A stretch of DNA of 56,227 nt, counting the filler, from Platydemus manokwari (Eukaryota): the NCBI GenBank assembly GCA_037951405.1. It is 5 parts of 5 records of this genome, joined end to end, with 100 filler letters (N's around TTAATTAATTAA, not from the genome) between each part and the next. Parts side by side here need not be neighbours in the genome. Positions count along the whole stretch, not along the records: positions 1 to 11,028 come from JBBMOY010962195.1; positions 11,129 to 21,405 come from JBBMOY011150104.1; 3 more parts are not named here. One strand, given 5' to 3'. Both the position numbers and the translations under genes were made by a program. The notes below the pieces were generated by a model. It made no database searches. It was not told the DNA's origin and saw nothing but the letters and a program-made list of their open reading frames with translations. Positions within the stretch are counted from its first letter, which is position 1. Each line of letters begins with the position of its first letter. Of the stretch, positions 1-14,500 are shown one piece after another.

Positions 1-1497
1 TCACAGCAAATATTTTGCTATAATCATTGTTATGATAATCAAATATTAAAGCAATATTTGGTTCAGTAGCGATTCTTTTCAATATGTAATAAATAATAAA
101 TAAGACAAGACAAGCAGAAAATAGAATAAATAAATACAAAATGTTTTGCATTTGAGATATTAAATTTTCAATAATAATATAGTCTAATAATTTATCAATT
201 TATCAAGGTTAAAATGGAAAAATTTCTTGATGAAATTAAACAAATTAAAGGAAAGCCATTAACATTTTCAACAATCAACTTAACAATGTTTCATCAATAT
301 AAAGTTGTGATTGGGAATTACTGACAAAGAAATATTAATTGATATGGGTTCTTGTTAATGGGTTGTCTAATCTTTATTATGTGAAGGTTTTATGATAAAA
401 TTTGTCAATATATCTTTAAAACTTATCTCAAAATTTTCTAGCAAATATTCTCAATGTGTTATCTTTAATTTATTCTTGACTGTCGTTGTATTGTTAAATT
501 TAGCTTTTAAGTTTTGCGATATTTAATTTTTGGAAAAGTATTTGGAAATTATATTTTCATTTATAATTGCTACACCGTTTGATTTTTCAAAAAGAATTTC
601 CAAGAAGAGTTGCTGTAATTATTAATTTTGCATTAATAATTAGCTAGATTGTCGATAACAATTTGTAAGCTAATTCACATCGGTTTGAAATATGTTTTCT
701 CTATATAATCACACAGATCTGATTTTAAAATGTGATCAGTACTTTTGGAATATAATTTCACGCATGTTTCAACAAATCATTCTATCAATTAATTTGTTCC
801 AAATTGAATTGATTGTTCTAATATGGTAATTATTGAATTTTTCTTTTTCCTTGAATAAACTCCGATTCACCGAAGTCAAAAGGTTACTTTTATTATCATT
901 GGAAAACTTTCTTTTCTAAATGTTAACATGATTATTTTAACGCAAGTTATCATAATTAATTACTACTCAATTCTTTGCTCGAACAAGGAGTTCTCTCGAC
1001 ACCTTAGCAAAATATTCAAGTTTTTCATCATTGCACTCGATGGTTTCTTGTCGCAATCTTACTCTAGACATTTTGGGATTAATTCTCTCAGGATCGAATC
1101 CAAATATGTAATCTCCTTGTTTAAACCAAATCGATTATTTAAACATTATTTGTCACAGCTCCAACATCATTTAATTTATATATAAGATGCAAATTGATGC
1201 AAAGTGATCACGGTGAAATTGAATCTGAGTGCAACGAGTATGAGTTTAAATTCTCCGGTGTGTGAATTATTAAATGGTGGATTCTATTTGACACTGGTGG
1301 ATTGGGGGATTTTAAAAAAAACTAGTTAAAACTGTCTAAATAAACTTTCATAATTCTTGATAATAATTATGTTAATAATAATTGTGTTTCAACGGTTAAA
1401 ATGAATAAGATTCGAAGCTTTTTATTTTACAAATTAAAGATAAAATAATTGATAATGAATCTAGATATACTATTTATAACTCTTGTCCTCTTTATAG

Positions 1498-4400
1498 CGT
1501 GTTAAACAGAATCAAGACGAATCGGCTCTGTTACGATCGTATATCCATGAATGGTCAAAGTTTTTTGCTCAGTGTGAATATTTACCCAAACCATTTGCAT
1601 CATTAGAGAATCATCTTGCCGGTAAAAGCAGTATTCCTAATACTAAAAAATCAAATGACAATTCCGGAATTGTTCGAAAGGTAAATTGTGTTATCATTTC
1701 AATATAAACTCGTAAAACTTTCAAAATGAATTGTGATAATTTCATGATAAAGAATTACACAAATAAATATCATTAGTCACTGGTAAACGGCTTACTAAAA
1801 CATTAGAAATATTCATATGTCCTGTCTGTCACGTTTAGCATCTAAATATGTGCATAAATATTTGTGTTCTATAAATTCACATTTTGTTAGTTTTACTATT
1901 ATCGGACTTGTATGAAGATATTTGTTGACAAATTAAAACTTGTTTTTTAGTTCCTTGGCATTATTCTTGTTTAATGATGATAATTATTTATAATCTATGA
2001 TAATAATATTGATATGAATTATAATTTATTTATAATAATAATTATTATTAATATTAAAATTTAAGTTTAATGATTTTTATAGATACAACATTTTTGATTT
2101 TAGAAGATTATTAAGATAAAGGATTTTTATAAAGAATTATTTTAATTCTATTAATTATTTTCGTCACATTATTAACGAAATAAATTAAAGAAATTCAATA
2201 GAATTAACATATTGATTTCAAAACAACGAAACAGTTCAGATAAGCAATTAAGGAAGGTTAAAAGCTTGAAACAGTTTCAAATGCTTGTCTCTTAAGTACA
2301 AATTATTATTATCAAGATCAATCTTGAGTTTGTACAAGCTACAATATATTTCAAAGATATGCCATTATTTACCAATGAAAAACCTATAGATGAATGCTTA
2401 AGGGAAATAATGGGTACGAATAAACAATCTCTACTTTATCGTTTCCACCTGATTATTCAGGATAATGTTTGCTGTTAAATTTAGTCTTACTGTGTTAAAC
2501 TTTTAAATTTATACGGATAAGATTAAGACTATGATAAGTGTATGATTGACTCCAACATTATAACAATAACAAAACAATAATAATAATAAATAACGAATGT
2601 CAAAAATTTTGCTCATTAATTAATAAAACGAAACATCACTTTGAATAAATTAATTTCTAGAATTTGGCACAGCATATTAATTAGAGCGTCTCTAAAGTAT
2701 TTAGATTTAGTTAATGTAAGCTAGTTCGACAAAGCTCTTAATTTTCCAAATACATTGATTGCTTACATTTGTTTCGTATGCGATTCGTTTAGAATTATAT
2801 AAACATGAAAAGATCAAGATAATTCAATTAAATATAAATCAATAGCTTAAACAGATTGAGATTTGGGAAATTAACATGCAAATTGAAGAATCTAGTAATC
2901 ATTATCTATGATTGATTAAAGAGAATCAGAGTGCATGACTATTAGGTTTAAATTAGGATTATAAAATGATTCTTAGTAAAATATGGAATTTATTGTAATG
3001 AAACAAATGCTCATTTATGCTGTAAATATAATTGTTTTTCTACAGGAATCTATAAGCCACGTTTCATTCATATTTAGTTTATTATTAACAAAAAATTTTA
3101 GATAAAAGCATGTTATGAATAACTAGCCTCAATTCCAAAAGCTCATGCTTCCTATTCATCTTTTTATGAATTCGCATATTTGTGGATTTAATATTAAATT
3201 TAATTAAATTAATTAAAATTTGTTTAACATGATTCAAATTTCTTCTTTATTTACATTTAATTAAATAGAATAATTTTTATTGCTTCGTTAAATTATGAAT
3301 ATGAATACCCATTTTGTAAGATTTCAAATAGTTGATTTCGATCACTAGATGATGCTCGATACGTGGAACAATACTATTTTCCAACAAATCAATCACAAAC
3401 TTCAAGCAAGTGCTATGAAATTAGTTCTGGATGAAAGAAGTGGAATTGTTATTGACAGTCAACTTGTTATTGGAGTCAGGGAATCTTATGTAAATTTGTC
3501 AACGAAATCCGAATCGAAATTATCAGTTTATCAAGAGAATTTTGAAAAAGCTTATTTAGAACACACAGAACAATTTTATCGACGCGAAGCATCGCAGTAT
3601 TTGACTGATCATGGCGTTTGTGAATATATGGCTTGGGTTAAACAGAAACTTAACGAAGAGAGCATACGGGCTCATAAATATCTTGAGACATCTCAAGAAT
3701 CGGAATCCGTCAAGAATCTCGAAAAGAAATGTGTTGAAATAATGATTATGTCATTTACGGTATGTTATTGGATTATTATTGACAGGAAAAATAAAAAAAT
3801 GATTAATAAAATTAATTAATTTTAAAATCGATAAACATTATTTGAAAATAGTGCAACCAATGAGACTTGTGGATTTTAGCATATCTAAGAAAGAACTTTT
3901 TCACCACTCATACATAAACAAAATATGTCAATTCATCTCTAACTGGTTCTGGCAAATTTTAATTTAATTTTTTTGTAAAACATATTTTAAAATGTTTTGG
4001 TGGATATTAAACAAGGCCTAGCTTTATCGACTATTTTTTATGATAATTTTATGATTGATCCATTGCTGATTGTATCATTAAAGTGTTATAAAATTGCCAA
4101 ATTATATAAATTCACAATGAAAGGTCATGTGTATTCATTATTTATTTAAATTGTTTATCTTATTTCTCATCTTGCCACGTTATGATGATCAATATTGGCA
4201 CAATTTTCTTATTCATTTAGCCCAATTTTTAACTCACAATTTGATTAATTTAATTTTTCTACGACTTATTTATGAGTTAATTTGTTATGGAAAGTTCAGT
4301 GAAATTGAGAGATGTGATGAAATTGAAAATAATACAAGTTTGTTTTAATTAGGTGATTTAATATGAAATAGAATTTATCTTGAAACATATTTTTTAACAA

Positions 4401-7400
4401 TTGTTAAATTTTTAATGAATTTATTTACTAACCCGGTTCTATGCTATAGTTTTCAGTTGGTTAAGTTTCAGTGGAACAAACCCTACATACAAACAAAATA
4501 GGAATAATTAATATCTTTTTGGTATAAATAATTTGATTATAACATGTTATTGTTAATAGTTTAGTGCTTTATAAATTACTAGGTAAATGTAATAAAATTA
4601 TTATTAGTAATGAGGTAAAACATAAAATTTTAGATGAGATAGAAAACTTTTTTGCTCACAAATTGTATAAATTTTATTTTAATACTAACCATGTAATCTC
4701 TCTCCTTCTATAAAGTATTGCAATGATCGATAAAAATGAAAAAAATACAGAACTTCATTTATTTTTATCGTTTTAAATTTAAGATTGCAGGTGTTGAATC
4801 ACTGAAGATCTTTTCTAGACTTGATCTCGTATAATGTCTGGTACCAAATTCGAACAAAAGTTTCATAATTTTTCAACATTATTTAGTTAATGTATTTTAT
4901 ATCACCGAATCTGACACACTAGCTATAGTATTCATTTAGTATTTTAGTCTAGTAAATAAAATAGTCTAGTAAAGGAAATTTCCATTTAAGAAACTAGACG
5001 AAACAATTTACCCATTTTAACGAAATGGAATCTAGAAAAATTTTCATTTTTATCAAGTCTCCCGTATTTTCTGGCACATAAATGATAATATTATGCGTGT
5101 GAAAAACACAAAAAATAATGCAGTTATCATATGATTAAAAATATATAAATCACAATAATTATTTAAGAATTCAGATTTGAAATTATTATTAGAGCATAAT
5201 ACAGTGGGTTGTTATTTTTTTTTATAAATGATCGGGTTTAAATAATTATTAACTGTTGATGAAAATATTGGCTTTTTAAATAAAATTATATATTTAAAGG
5301 AAATAATACTCGCTGAATTTCCTGCCATGATAAAAGCAAATGATACTTCCAAACTATCTCTTATGTATGATTTACTAAAAAGAGTTTCGAATGGAATCAA
5401 TCCCATGCTTGATCTTCTGGAAGAACACATTAAACACTCAGGCCTCAATGATATGATGGAAAATGCAGATTCAATTGTATCGGTATTTAATAAATTTTTA
5501 GTTGTAACTGTGCTCAATTTTTATTATAAGTTTTAATTTTTCTTTGTAAATATTTGGTGAGTGTTTTCATATTTTTGCAAGTCTTTGTAATGGTTGTAGG
5601 TAACATTAATTGACTGATCGATAATGACTTTTTTGATAATTTTTTAAACCAATAAGTTATTGCGACAAGTTATTTTTCAGTTTAAAGAACGCGATGAGGT
5701 TTGGAATAATTAATTAGTTATCTGGGTAACATTAAATGGAAAGAGCTCATTTCTTAATTAATACCATTTTTCGATTGTTTTTAATCAATTTANNNNNNNN
5801 NNNNNNNNNNNNNNNNNNNNNNNNNNNNNNNNNNNNNNNNNNNNNNNNNNNNNNNNNNNNNNNNNNNNNNNNNNNNNNNNNNNNNNNNNNNNNNNNNNNN
5901 NNNNNNNNNNNNNNNNNNNNNNNNNNNNNNNTTCTTCTTATTTTTATTATTATTAATTTTATTATTATTAATATTAATATTCGATGATAAATTATTCTTT
6001 TCATAATATATCAGCAATTTTTTAAAATTATAACTCATTTTAAATCAGAATAATTTACATGTTTAACAAATTCTATTTATATTCGAAATATTTAAAGGGT
6101 AGTATTGGGATTGATCATCGTTTTTGAGTAGGAGATCGATTTTGAAAAATATTTCTGTTACAATGTCACATTCTAATTTTACTGCATGCCATTAAATTAT
6201 TTGATAAAATCACTTAATTTTTTTTATTAGGCTCCAGAAAAATATGTAAATAGTTTACTGGACATGTTTGATCGATTTACAAAATTGATCAGCTTAGCAT
6301 TTAATACAGATCCCGAATTCCTTACGGCTAGAGATAAAGCATTTCAATTTATTGTTAATGATACCTCTATATTCAAATTGGACATGGCGACATCTAACAA
6401 GTACTTCCTGAACTCATTCGAATAGTTGATTTAAAATAGTGTAATAGACCAGGAAGTGTAAAAAAGCCAGAATCGCGATGTCCAGAGTTGTTGGCTAGTT
6501 ATTGTGATATGTTGTTACGTAAGGGTCCAACTAATAGACGGCTTACAACGGAACAAGTTGAACATAGATTGCAAAGTGTGATTCTCCTTCTCAAATATGT
6601 AATTAATAAAGATGTCTTTCTGGGGCATTATAAACCTCATTTAACTCGGAGATTACTTCTCGAGAATTCCGCTGATAATGAATTAGAAGAAAACATGGTC
6701 GAAAAATTACGAGTAGAACAATAATTTTGAATATTGATTTGGACTCATTAATTAATTAGGACGTTGGCGTTCCAGCTGACATGGTTAATAAATTAAGTCG
6801 AATGTTTCAAGACATCAAAGTTTGCAAAGATCTTAATGCTGAATTCAAGGGTGCACTTCGAAACAATAAAGAGGACGTAGCAGAAATTGTGAATATAAAA
6901 ATTCTCAATGGTGGGGCTTGGATGCAACAGGGTTTACGGGTGCCTTTATCACTTCCTCGAGAATTAGAGGATTACATTCCTGAAGTAGGAAATAAAACGT
7001 TTCCAACTTCGTTTTATTATATTTCCATTTGAGGTTGAAGAATTTTATCGTAAAAAACATCAAGGACGAATGATCACCTGGAACTATCTCATGTCGCATG
7101 GAGTGGTAACTTTCGAGAGGAAGAGTGGGAAATTCGATATTGATGTTACAACATTTCAAATGGCTATTCTTTTCAGTTGGAATAGTCGTCCTTATGATAG
7201 ACTCTCACTGGAAAGTCTTCAAATGGCCACTGGCTTAGCACTAGGGGATTTAAAAAGAAATTTATGGGTAAGACAGATAAATTATTGATTTAAAATCGTC
7301 AAATTTCATTTTATATTTCAATAAAAGAATATGATTTGTAAGAGTTATGTGGGTTTCATAATTAAAACTTTCACAGTTCCATCAGGTGGTCCAGTAGTAA

Positions 7401-9573
7401 ACCGATTTCGTTAATATCGGATATATTGATTAGATCTGATATTTTACTCGAACCCTATGGCCAGTTCACCCAACATAGTATATTATACTTATATTATACT
7501 TACCGCATGACCGTGACCACCTTTGTAATTGCATTTTGGTTACACATCAACATATCCAATCACAATTATTATCACTTTCAAATTAATCAATATCATCAAT
7601 AAATAATTATTTTTGTTTAAAATAAAATTTTCAATCAAATTAAGTCGATATATATTTTATTATTTATATTTTGAATTGATTTTTCTAAATAACTGTTTTG
7701 TAATTGGTCGATATTATTTTTTAATGAATAAAATTGTTTTGTTTTTTTTCATTTTTCAGTGGATTTATGTTGAGAATAATCATCGGTAGATTTATTATTT
7801 AATTGTCGATTTGTGTGATATCGGTATTTTTTATTGATTTGACAATTATTCTATTTGACAATTATTTTAAGAAATTATCGATCTATAAATATGTGTGTGT
7901 ATTTATTTATCCATGAATCTCCTTGTCTAGCAATATCTAACTATTAAATGATTTGTTTTGGATCTCTCAAATATCATTTATCCTTTCATAAATATCGTTA
8001 CATCTTCTCGATATTGATTTCTTTATATTCCATGACATTTTAAATTATATTATATAAAAATATTATAATAATGTCTTGGGAATTGATTGTTATAAAACAA
8101 ATTTCATTTATTGATGATTTATTTATTGACTGAGTTCCATACGATCAATATTAATGATATACTTTTATTGGAAATTTTCGATTTCAGAGTCTCAGCGAGC
8201 ATGGTAAATTAGACAAGCAATTGTTAATATATGAGCCCAAAGTCAAGACTGCTGAAGAATTCACAGAAAATACGGAATTTTGGATTAATCACGATTTTAG
8301 TCTTGTGTTAGTTGATTAGTTTTTAATTTATCATTGGTTAATATTTATTTTGAATAACATCATCAAACACAATCTATATATGTTTAATGTTATTATAAAT
8401 ATCGATTATAAAATATAGTAATTATATCATTTCTCATTTAAGCAATATCAAACCTCCACATATTTACCGGCATATGAAATAATTTCTCTTAATTACATAA
8501 TCACTCAATCTTTCCCAGTCATTCCCTAACACTATCACTTTAAGTTGGTACAAATCGATATGAATTTGGAAATAATCGATAAATGAAATGCGAAATATAA
8601 TAAAAACATATGCGTAATTTCTCCGATCTTTGCAGAATTAGTTAAATTCAAAATATATCCCATATATATTTATTGTTTCCCAAAATCGATTTAAATTGAA
8701 TTGGTTCATATATTCATTTACTCAACCAATTTTCTAAAAAGCTCCTCATTTTATTTTAAGAAGCACTATGATTTGGAAATTCCTACAAAATAGCTCGTTT
8801 TATATATTACAAAGATTTTATATATTACGTGAATTATAAAATTGAAAACAAAAATCGATGTCTGTCGTCGAATTTTCTAGCGAATATATTATCTATTATG
8901 AACTATATCAAGCATAAAAATGAATGAAAAATTCATATTATATATTAAAATTCATATCGAAGTTCCAGAATTTGTAAAAGTAATTTGAATCTATTGAAAC
9001 GCGATCTTTCATTGGTTAATGAATTTTTCGTGAATTGAGTTATTTATAGCTTCATATAGTTGAGTGATTTATCACGAAATAATATTATCCAAACTATCTG
9101 ATAATTGGTTATAAAGATATTAAACATTTTCATCAAACAAGCCGATTTTTATATAGATATAATTTTTATTATAATTAAATGATTTTTGGAAATTTTTATG
9201 ATAATTAATTGGGTAATAAAATGTATGATAAATACATTATTTCGCTCGTAGAAAACAAGGAAAAATTCAAAACCGTGGTCGATTGAATCTCATAGGTCGT
9301 ATGCCATTGACATTGGATAAAAAAACCCAAGAGCAAGATGAGAGTGCTATCGTTGAATTGAGAAAATATCGTGTCCAAGAAGGTATTATCAAAATCATGA
9401 AGTCACGTCGTCAAATGCGTCACGTGGAACTGTGTTCAGAACTATTGGAATTGTTACGCAATTTATTTCAGCCGTCACAAAGACTGATCAAAGAAGTTAT
9501 TGAATGGTTAATAGAGGAGGAATACATTAAACGAGATTCTAATGATTTATCCACCTTTATTTATATAGCTTGA
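1498..9573 (+). CDS. CUL5: Cullin-5, 5'-partial. Exons 1498-1680, 3349-3759, 5300-5482, 6231-6400, 6448-6712, 6760-6984, 7034-7267, 8188-8306, 9252-9573 (stop); first ~80 codons lie upstream of the window
   Basis: Spliced translation follows animal CUL5 throughout: ALLRSYIHEWSKFFAQCEYLPKPF, MLDTWN..IF, QLVIGVRESYVNL, FLTARDKA, ESRCPELLASYCDMLLRK, NKLSRMFQDIKV, VTTFQMAILFSWN, neddylation motif VQEGIIKIMKSRR, C-terminal FIYIA. All introns are GT..AG and frame-compatible. Confidence 0.97.
5793..5931. other. Assembly gap (139 N) inside a CUL5 intron
   Basis: Run of N with no linker sequence; the flanking CUL5 exons are consecutive. Confidence 0.98.
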
Positions 9574-11028
9574 GTTTTGAATTTATCTGCCGAATCTTTC
9601 ACCGATATTTCCTCTGTGGTATCAAAATGAACAAATTTATCTCACGCAATATTTGTCTATAATACCATTCTAATCGATTCAACGGATAATTTTCATATTC
9701 CGTTATTGACATTATTGATTATATAGTGCGTGCGTGCGTGCGTGTGATTATGATCTCATAGCGAAATTTGATTTTATAAATAGTATTTTTATAACAATGT
9801 AATTACCTGGCGATTATTTTAAATGTTCTATTGAAATACTTTTTTGATATAATAATAATAATGATAATAATAATGATTATGATAATAATAATGATGTTAA
9901 TAATAAGGCCGACCATGTGATATGCATAAAAATAATCGATTGTTTCTTATATGTTTAGTTAATTTTCTTTTAGCCAATTGAATATTATTCCCAATTTATC
10001 CAAGTGATATTTTGATTAATGCTTGGAATGGATTATTTGCTTGTTATTAATATTTAATAACATGATTCATTAAAATTTGCATCTTGAAAGGTTAAAACTG
10101 GAAATGACAACTCAATCGATTAAATTTTTGTTTTCTTTATCAACAAAAATGGATTTTCCTATCGCTTAATGACTTTGGTTTTTCTCTGTTAGGAATTAGA
10201 TATTTGTCATAGCATGTTAATCGGATTTACAAGCCAATGACATTTTAATCGTTATTCACTTATTTTAATTTGACATTTAGTTTTTTTTTGCATTCTAGAC
10301 TATTATCATAATTTATCAACACAGAAATAATGGTCAGTGTGAATAATTTCGTACGCGATTTGTTTAGTTTGAATTGCGACCGATTTGGCAATAAAAATAA
10401 TTTTCTGATTTACAAATTTGCTTATTTCAGCTACGAAAACATTAATTAATCTGTCAAATGGAAGTTGTTAAAGTCGTATTTTTTGTCGGAATAGTTGAAA
10501 TAAATTAAGGCAATTACAAACGTATAGGAATGTAATGCGAATCAAGAAAGAACAACATGAAAGTGCGCTATTTTGGAACTCCTTAATAAAAATATCAGAT
10601 TGTTGTTTACTCCTTAACAATTGTTATGTAAAAAGAAATTCTAAAACAAATACAATGTAGAAATTCTTATTTCAGGAAAAAGTCCTTTATTACATTTTAA
10701 AAGTTCTTTGTATTGTTATTCCAAATGAAAAAATAAAAACCCATGTATTGAAATTTTTTTATTTAAAAAAAGATTGATTTGATGCTGATTTAATTAAATA
10801 GATGAAAAATACTAAATCAATAGCGTGATTTATTAGCAGTATTCACTTCGACACAATGAATTTCATGTAATTCATTGAAAATTGGTTTATTAATTTATTT
10901 GTAATTAATTGAGAGTTATGAGATAAATTTTTTAAAGAAGTTTTTAAATTTACATGGAATTTAAATAAAATTATTTATTAAATATTTTATTGTAAGAAAG
11001 GTAATATCTAAGTGTATCCGTTAAATAA

Positions 11029-11128
11029 NNNNNNNNNNNNNNNNNNNNNNNNNNNNNNNNNNNNNNNNNNNNTTAATTAATTAANNNNNNNNNNNNNNNN
11101 NNNNNNNNNNNNNNNNNNNNNNNNNNNN
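11029..11128. other. Artificial contig-joining spacer 44N-TTAATTAATTAA-44N
   Basis: Exactly 100 nt; the central 12-mer gives stops in all six frames; the identical structure occurs four times. Confidence 0.95.
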
Positions 11129-11524
11129 AATATCATTAATTTTCATAGATTGTTAAACACAAAGAATTTTATAGAATCATTTTTATCCAATTTATGTTTC
11201 AGCTTAAAGAAAATTTCAAATCATTTCAGATAATCAATTTAAGGAGTAGAGGTGAAATATTGATAAATCTCAAATATAAATTATAAATTAACACTTTTGC
11301 CTTTGAAACTTATTTTGTAATAATTAGTTTTTATTATTAATTATATTATTGATATTTAATTATATATTACTATTGATAACATTACTAATTATTTCTTGTT
11401 CATTTTTATTAATATCAATTGCACTGTATAGTCATAATTCTGATTCGAATAATATTAATGATAATGATAATAATAATTATTATTGATATTCATTTCGTTG
11501 TTATTCAAAAATAATTGTTTATAG

Positions 11525-14500
11525 ACTTGTATTAGAAGAGTATCTAGACCCATTCGCCGAGGACGGTATTTCAATTACTTTCGACGAAAAAAGCCTGTTC
11601 TTGGTCGTCATTTCAAGTAATAGCATTAATATTTTATTTATATATAGATAAAAAATGTATTAAAATAATTATTTATTATTTATTTAACAAAATTAATTAT
11701 TGAAAAATTGGCATTGGTATCGCAATTATACAACCGATTTGTTTACGGACATTCAATTCAGATATTTCACTTAAAACCGTGTTCGAAGAGAAAGTTATTT
11801 ATAGCAGTTATTAATAAAACCATTTTCAAGTATATCATTTTCAACTGTTAAACCATCATATTTGTTATGATGTTATCTGAAACAATCAATAAATACAATA
11901 TAACTCATTTCGATCTATAATTTTCAGATACATTTTTCTTAAACTCAATACACCTCAATTGAATTTGATATATTGGTTATCTTTGGCTAAGAAAACCGGT
12001 GTACATATGATAACAGGGCCCATATCACTGTCGACACAGTTTGAATTGGAATTGAAAACAGTTGAGGACAATTTGTTTCATCGACCACAAGCCAATTGGT
12101 CGGTAGTACAAATGAAATCACAAATAAGAAAAAGCTTGAAAGTTTGGTTGATACAGAAGGCTGAAGAAGCAATCGATGATAAATGTCCATCAGAAAAGTA
12201 TCGTTTGTTCTCAGAACATGACAATAAGGTAAATGAATTTGCTGTTATTGGATAAGATTGGATTGGTGATTTCATTTTAGGATTTATTCCACGAGAAATG
12301 TCGTTATGAATTCGTGATTTTGTCCTATTTGAAATATGAAAGGTTATCCTCCGATAATAATCGAACGAAGCATCATTTATCTTTCAATTCAACAACAATG
12401 AGTGATCTCGGTGACACCTCAATAAATAATCAAGAAGTTCGTTATATTATTGTTTTTATAGTTCATTCCATTCTCCTTGATTCTTTATTTTCATATTTTC
12501 TTTTATCCCTTTTTAATGGCTTTTATTTCTTTTTGTCTGTATCGAAACCAATAAATATATGAATCTCATTATATTAAATAAAATATAATTTCATTTATCG
12601 TATTTTCTGGACTATAAGGCACATCTTAAAACAGATTTTTAGGATTTACTAAGGCTGGAATATTGAAAAAAAGATGGTAATGATGTTAATATAACCGAAT
12701 GTGACATTTTAGATGATGAAGAGTATTAAATCTTGCTATGTATTCTTGACTTAATTTAATATATTAATCAGTCAACTTATAGTTAGAACACGCCTTATAG
12801 TCTGGAAAATACGGTAGTGGTCGATATACTTGTTCAGTATCACTATACGGTATTTTTAAAATCGTAATTTTCCTTTAATAGCACACGGTAAATATGTTAT
12901 GTAGCATATTATTGAAATGTTAGTAATTTTATTCTAGACAATTTTTACTATTTTATTCAATAAAATGAAATTCATTAATTTATCGATTTACTATTTCATG
13001 ATAATTATTATGAATATTATTATCACTAAAGTATTAAAATTGGATTGTTATGCTTGATTGTAGTTTCCTATATGACATATATTTATCATTTTTATCGTAT
13101 TAGCCAAAATTAAAGACGACTCCGGCCACAGGATGTGTCCTATTTATTACCGAAAAATATTAATAATGCATTACCGTATAATTTTTATTTTTCATTTAAT
13201 GAAGTAAAAAACTTCCAGCCAATGGAATGTTCTGAATATTAGATGATTCTTAATTTTGTTTAATATTTCTTGAATTAAAGATGTCTTATATTCGGTAATT
13301 GCTAATAAATAAAACTATATAAATAAATTTAAAATATATGTTGGTAATTTTGGTTGATTCTCTCCAATGATTAATCCTTGTCAAAATTGGATTATTTGTA
13401 TTTTTAAATATTTGTTTTCGTAGTATTGACTTGAATTTATCGAGCTTCGTATTTCCATTTGTATTGAAATACTTGGTATTTTACTGGGTATCTTCAATTT
13501 ATTAAAGCTATATTACAAATCGTTATTTAAAATCGTTCTTAAAATTAATAACTTATTTTAGCTGCTCCCTGTACACAATTTAAAATTAGTCGATTTGAAA
13601 GTTAGATGGACCCAGACCAATAGAAATCTCATATATTCAATGATCGATATATATCGACACAAGACATTGCTGCGAAAGAATTTATCAGCACAAGCTCTCA
13701 AATCTATCCAATTGCAAATGCCATCAAATTCATATTTAGACGCCAAAAATAATTCCCGATCTCTTCATATAGATCAAGATTTAATTCATAAAAAGTATTT
13801 TTCGGTTGTAGCTTTCCAAAAATCATATTACACCTCTCAGATCTCACAATCTTGCTGATGAAAGAAGTACGAGTGAAACGAATTTGGTTGAAAGTAAATC
13901 CGGTTCAATCAAAGCACCGAAACATAAACGATCGAGTTCTGTGAGCTATTGTCAAGACAACTCTTCGAAGAGCTCAGAAGGATTACAAATAGTAGAAAAC
14001 AACAATCCAATGTTGCGACAATTATTGCAGGAAGTTGATACTGCCAAACTGTATGCTTACTGTGAAGAAGTGAATAGCAATGATTCCAGTGGATTATTGA
14101 TTGATTTTATTCAGGAATCGAAAGAAGTGAATGTGGTCGACAAATTAACTGGAGTGGAATTGTGTAAGAGTAATGTCAAAGTTTCCAGAAAGTGGCATTT
14201 GGAATTGATCAATAGTCAGGTATATTTTTATTGATTATCTGATAAATTGAAAATATTTGAGAACAAGCCTTAATAATTGATTAATAGGTAATGTTAAAGA
14301 CCAATCAATCATCAGTTTATGCTATAGTTACTGCTGCTCAAACGAAACTTGATTCATACGAACATATGCCGATCTGGAAGGATTCTCAATTGCTCACTAA
14401 ATCAAGTATAGTGGGTAAATTGGAATGTATGCAGTATTATGCTACGGTGGGAAAAGTATTTCATTAAAATATAAAGTCCATGGAATTTGTATTGATTTAT

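Noticed and set aside
200-1300. Decayed coding-like DNA in the first CUL5 intron (also 17600-18100, 27200-27800, 32820-33260)
   Set aside because: Probably old TE debris, but no diagnostic motif could be read.
7377-7475. tRNA-like start (GGTGGTCCAGTAGTAAA) in a CUL5 intron
   Set aside because: No cloverleaf or good B box; at most a decayed SINE.
11073-11084. TTAATTAATTAA palindrome recurring about every 10 kb as a biological motif
   Set aside because: Always centred in 44N+44N; an assembly linker.
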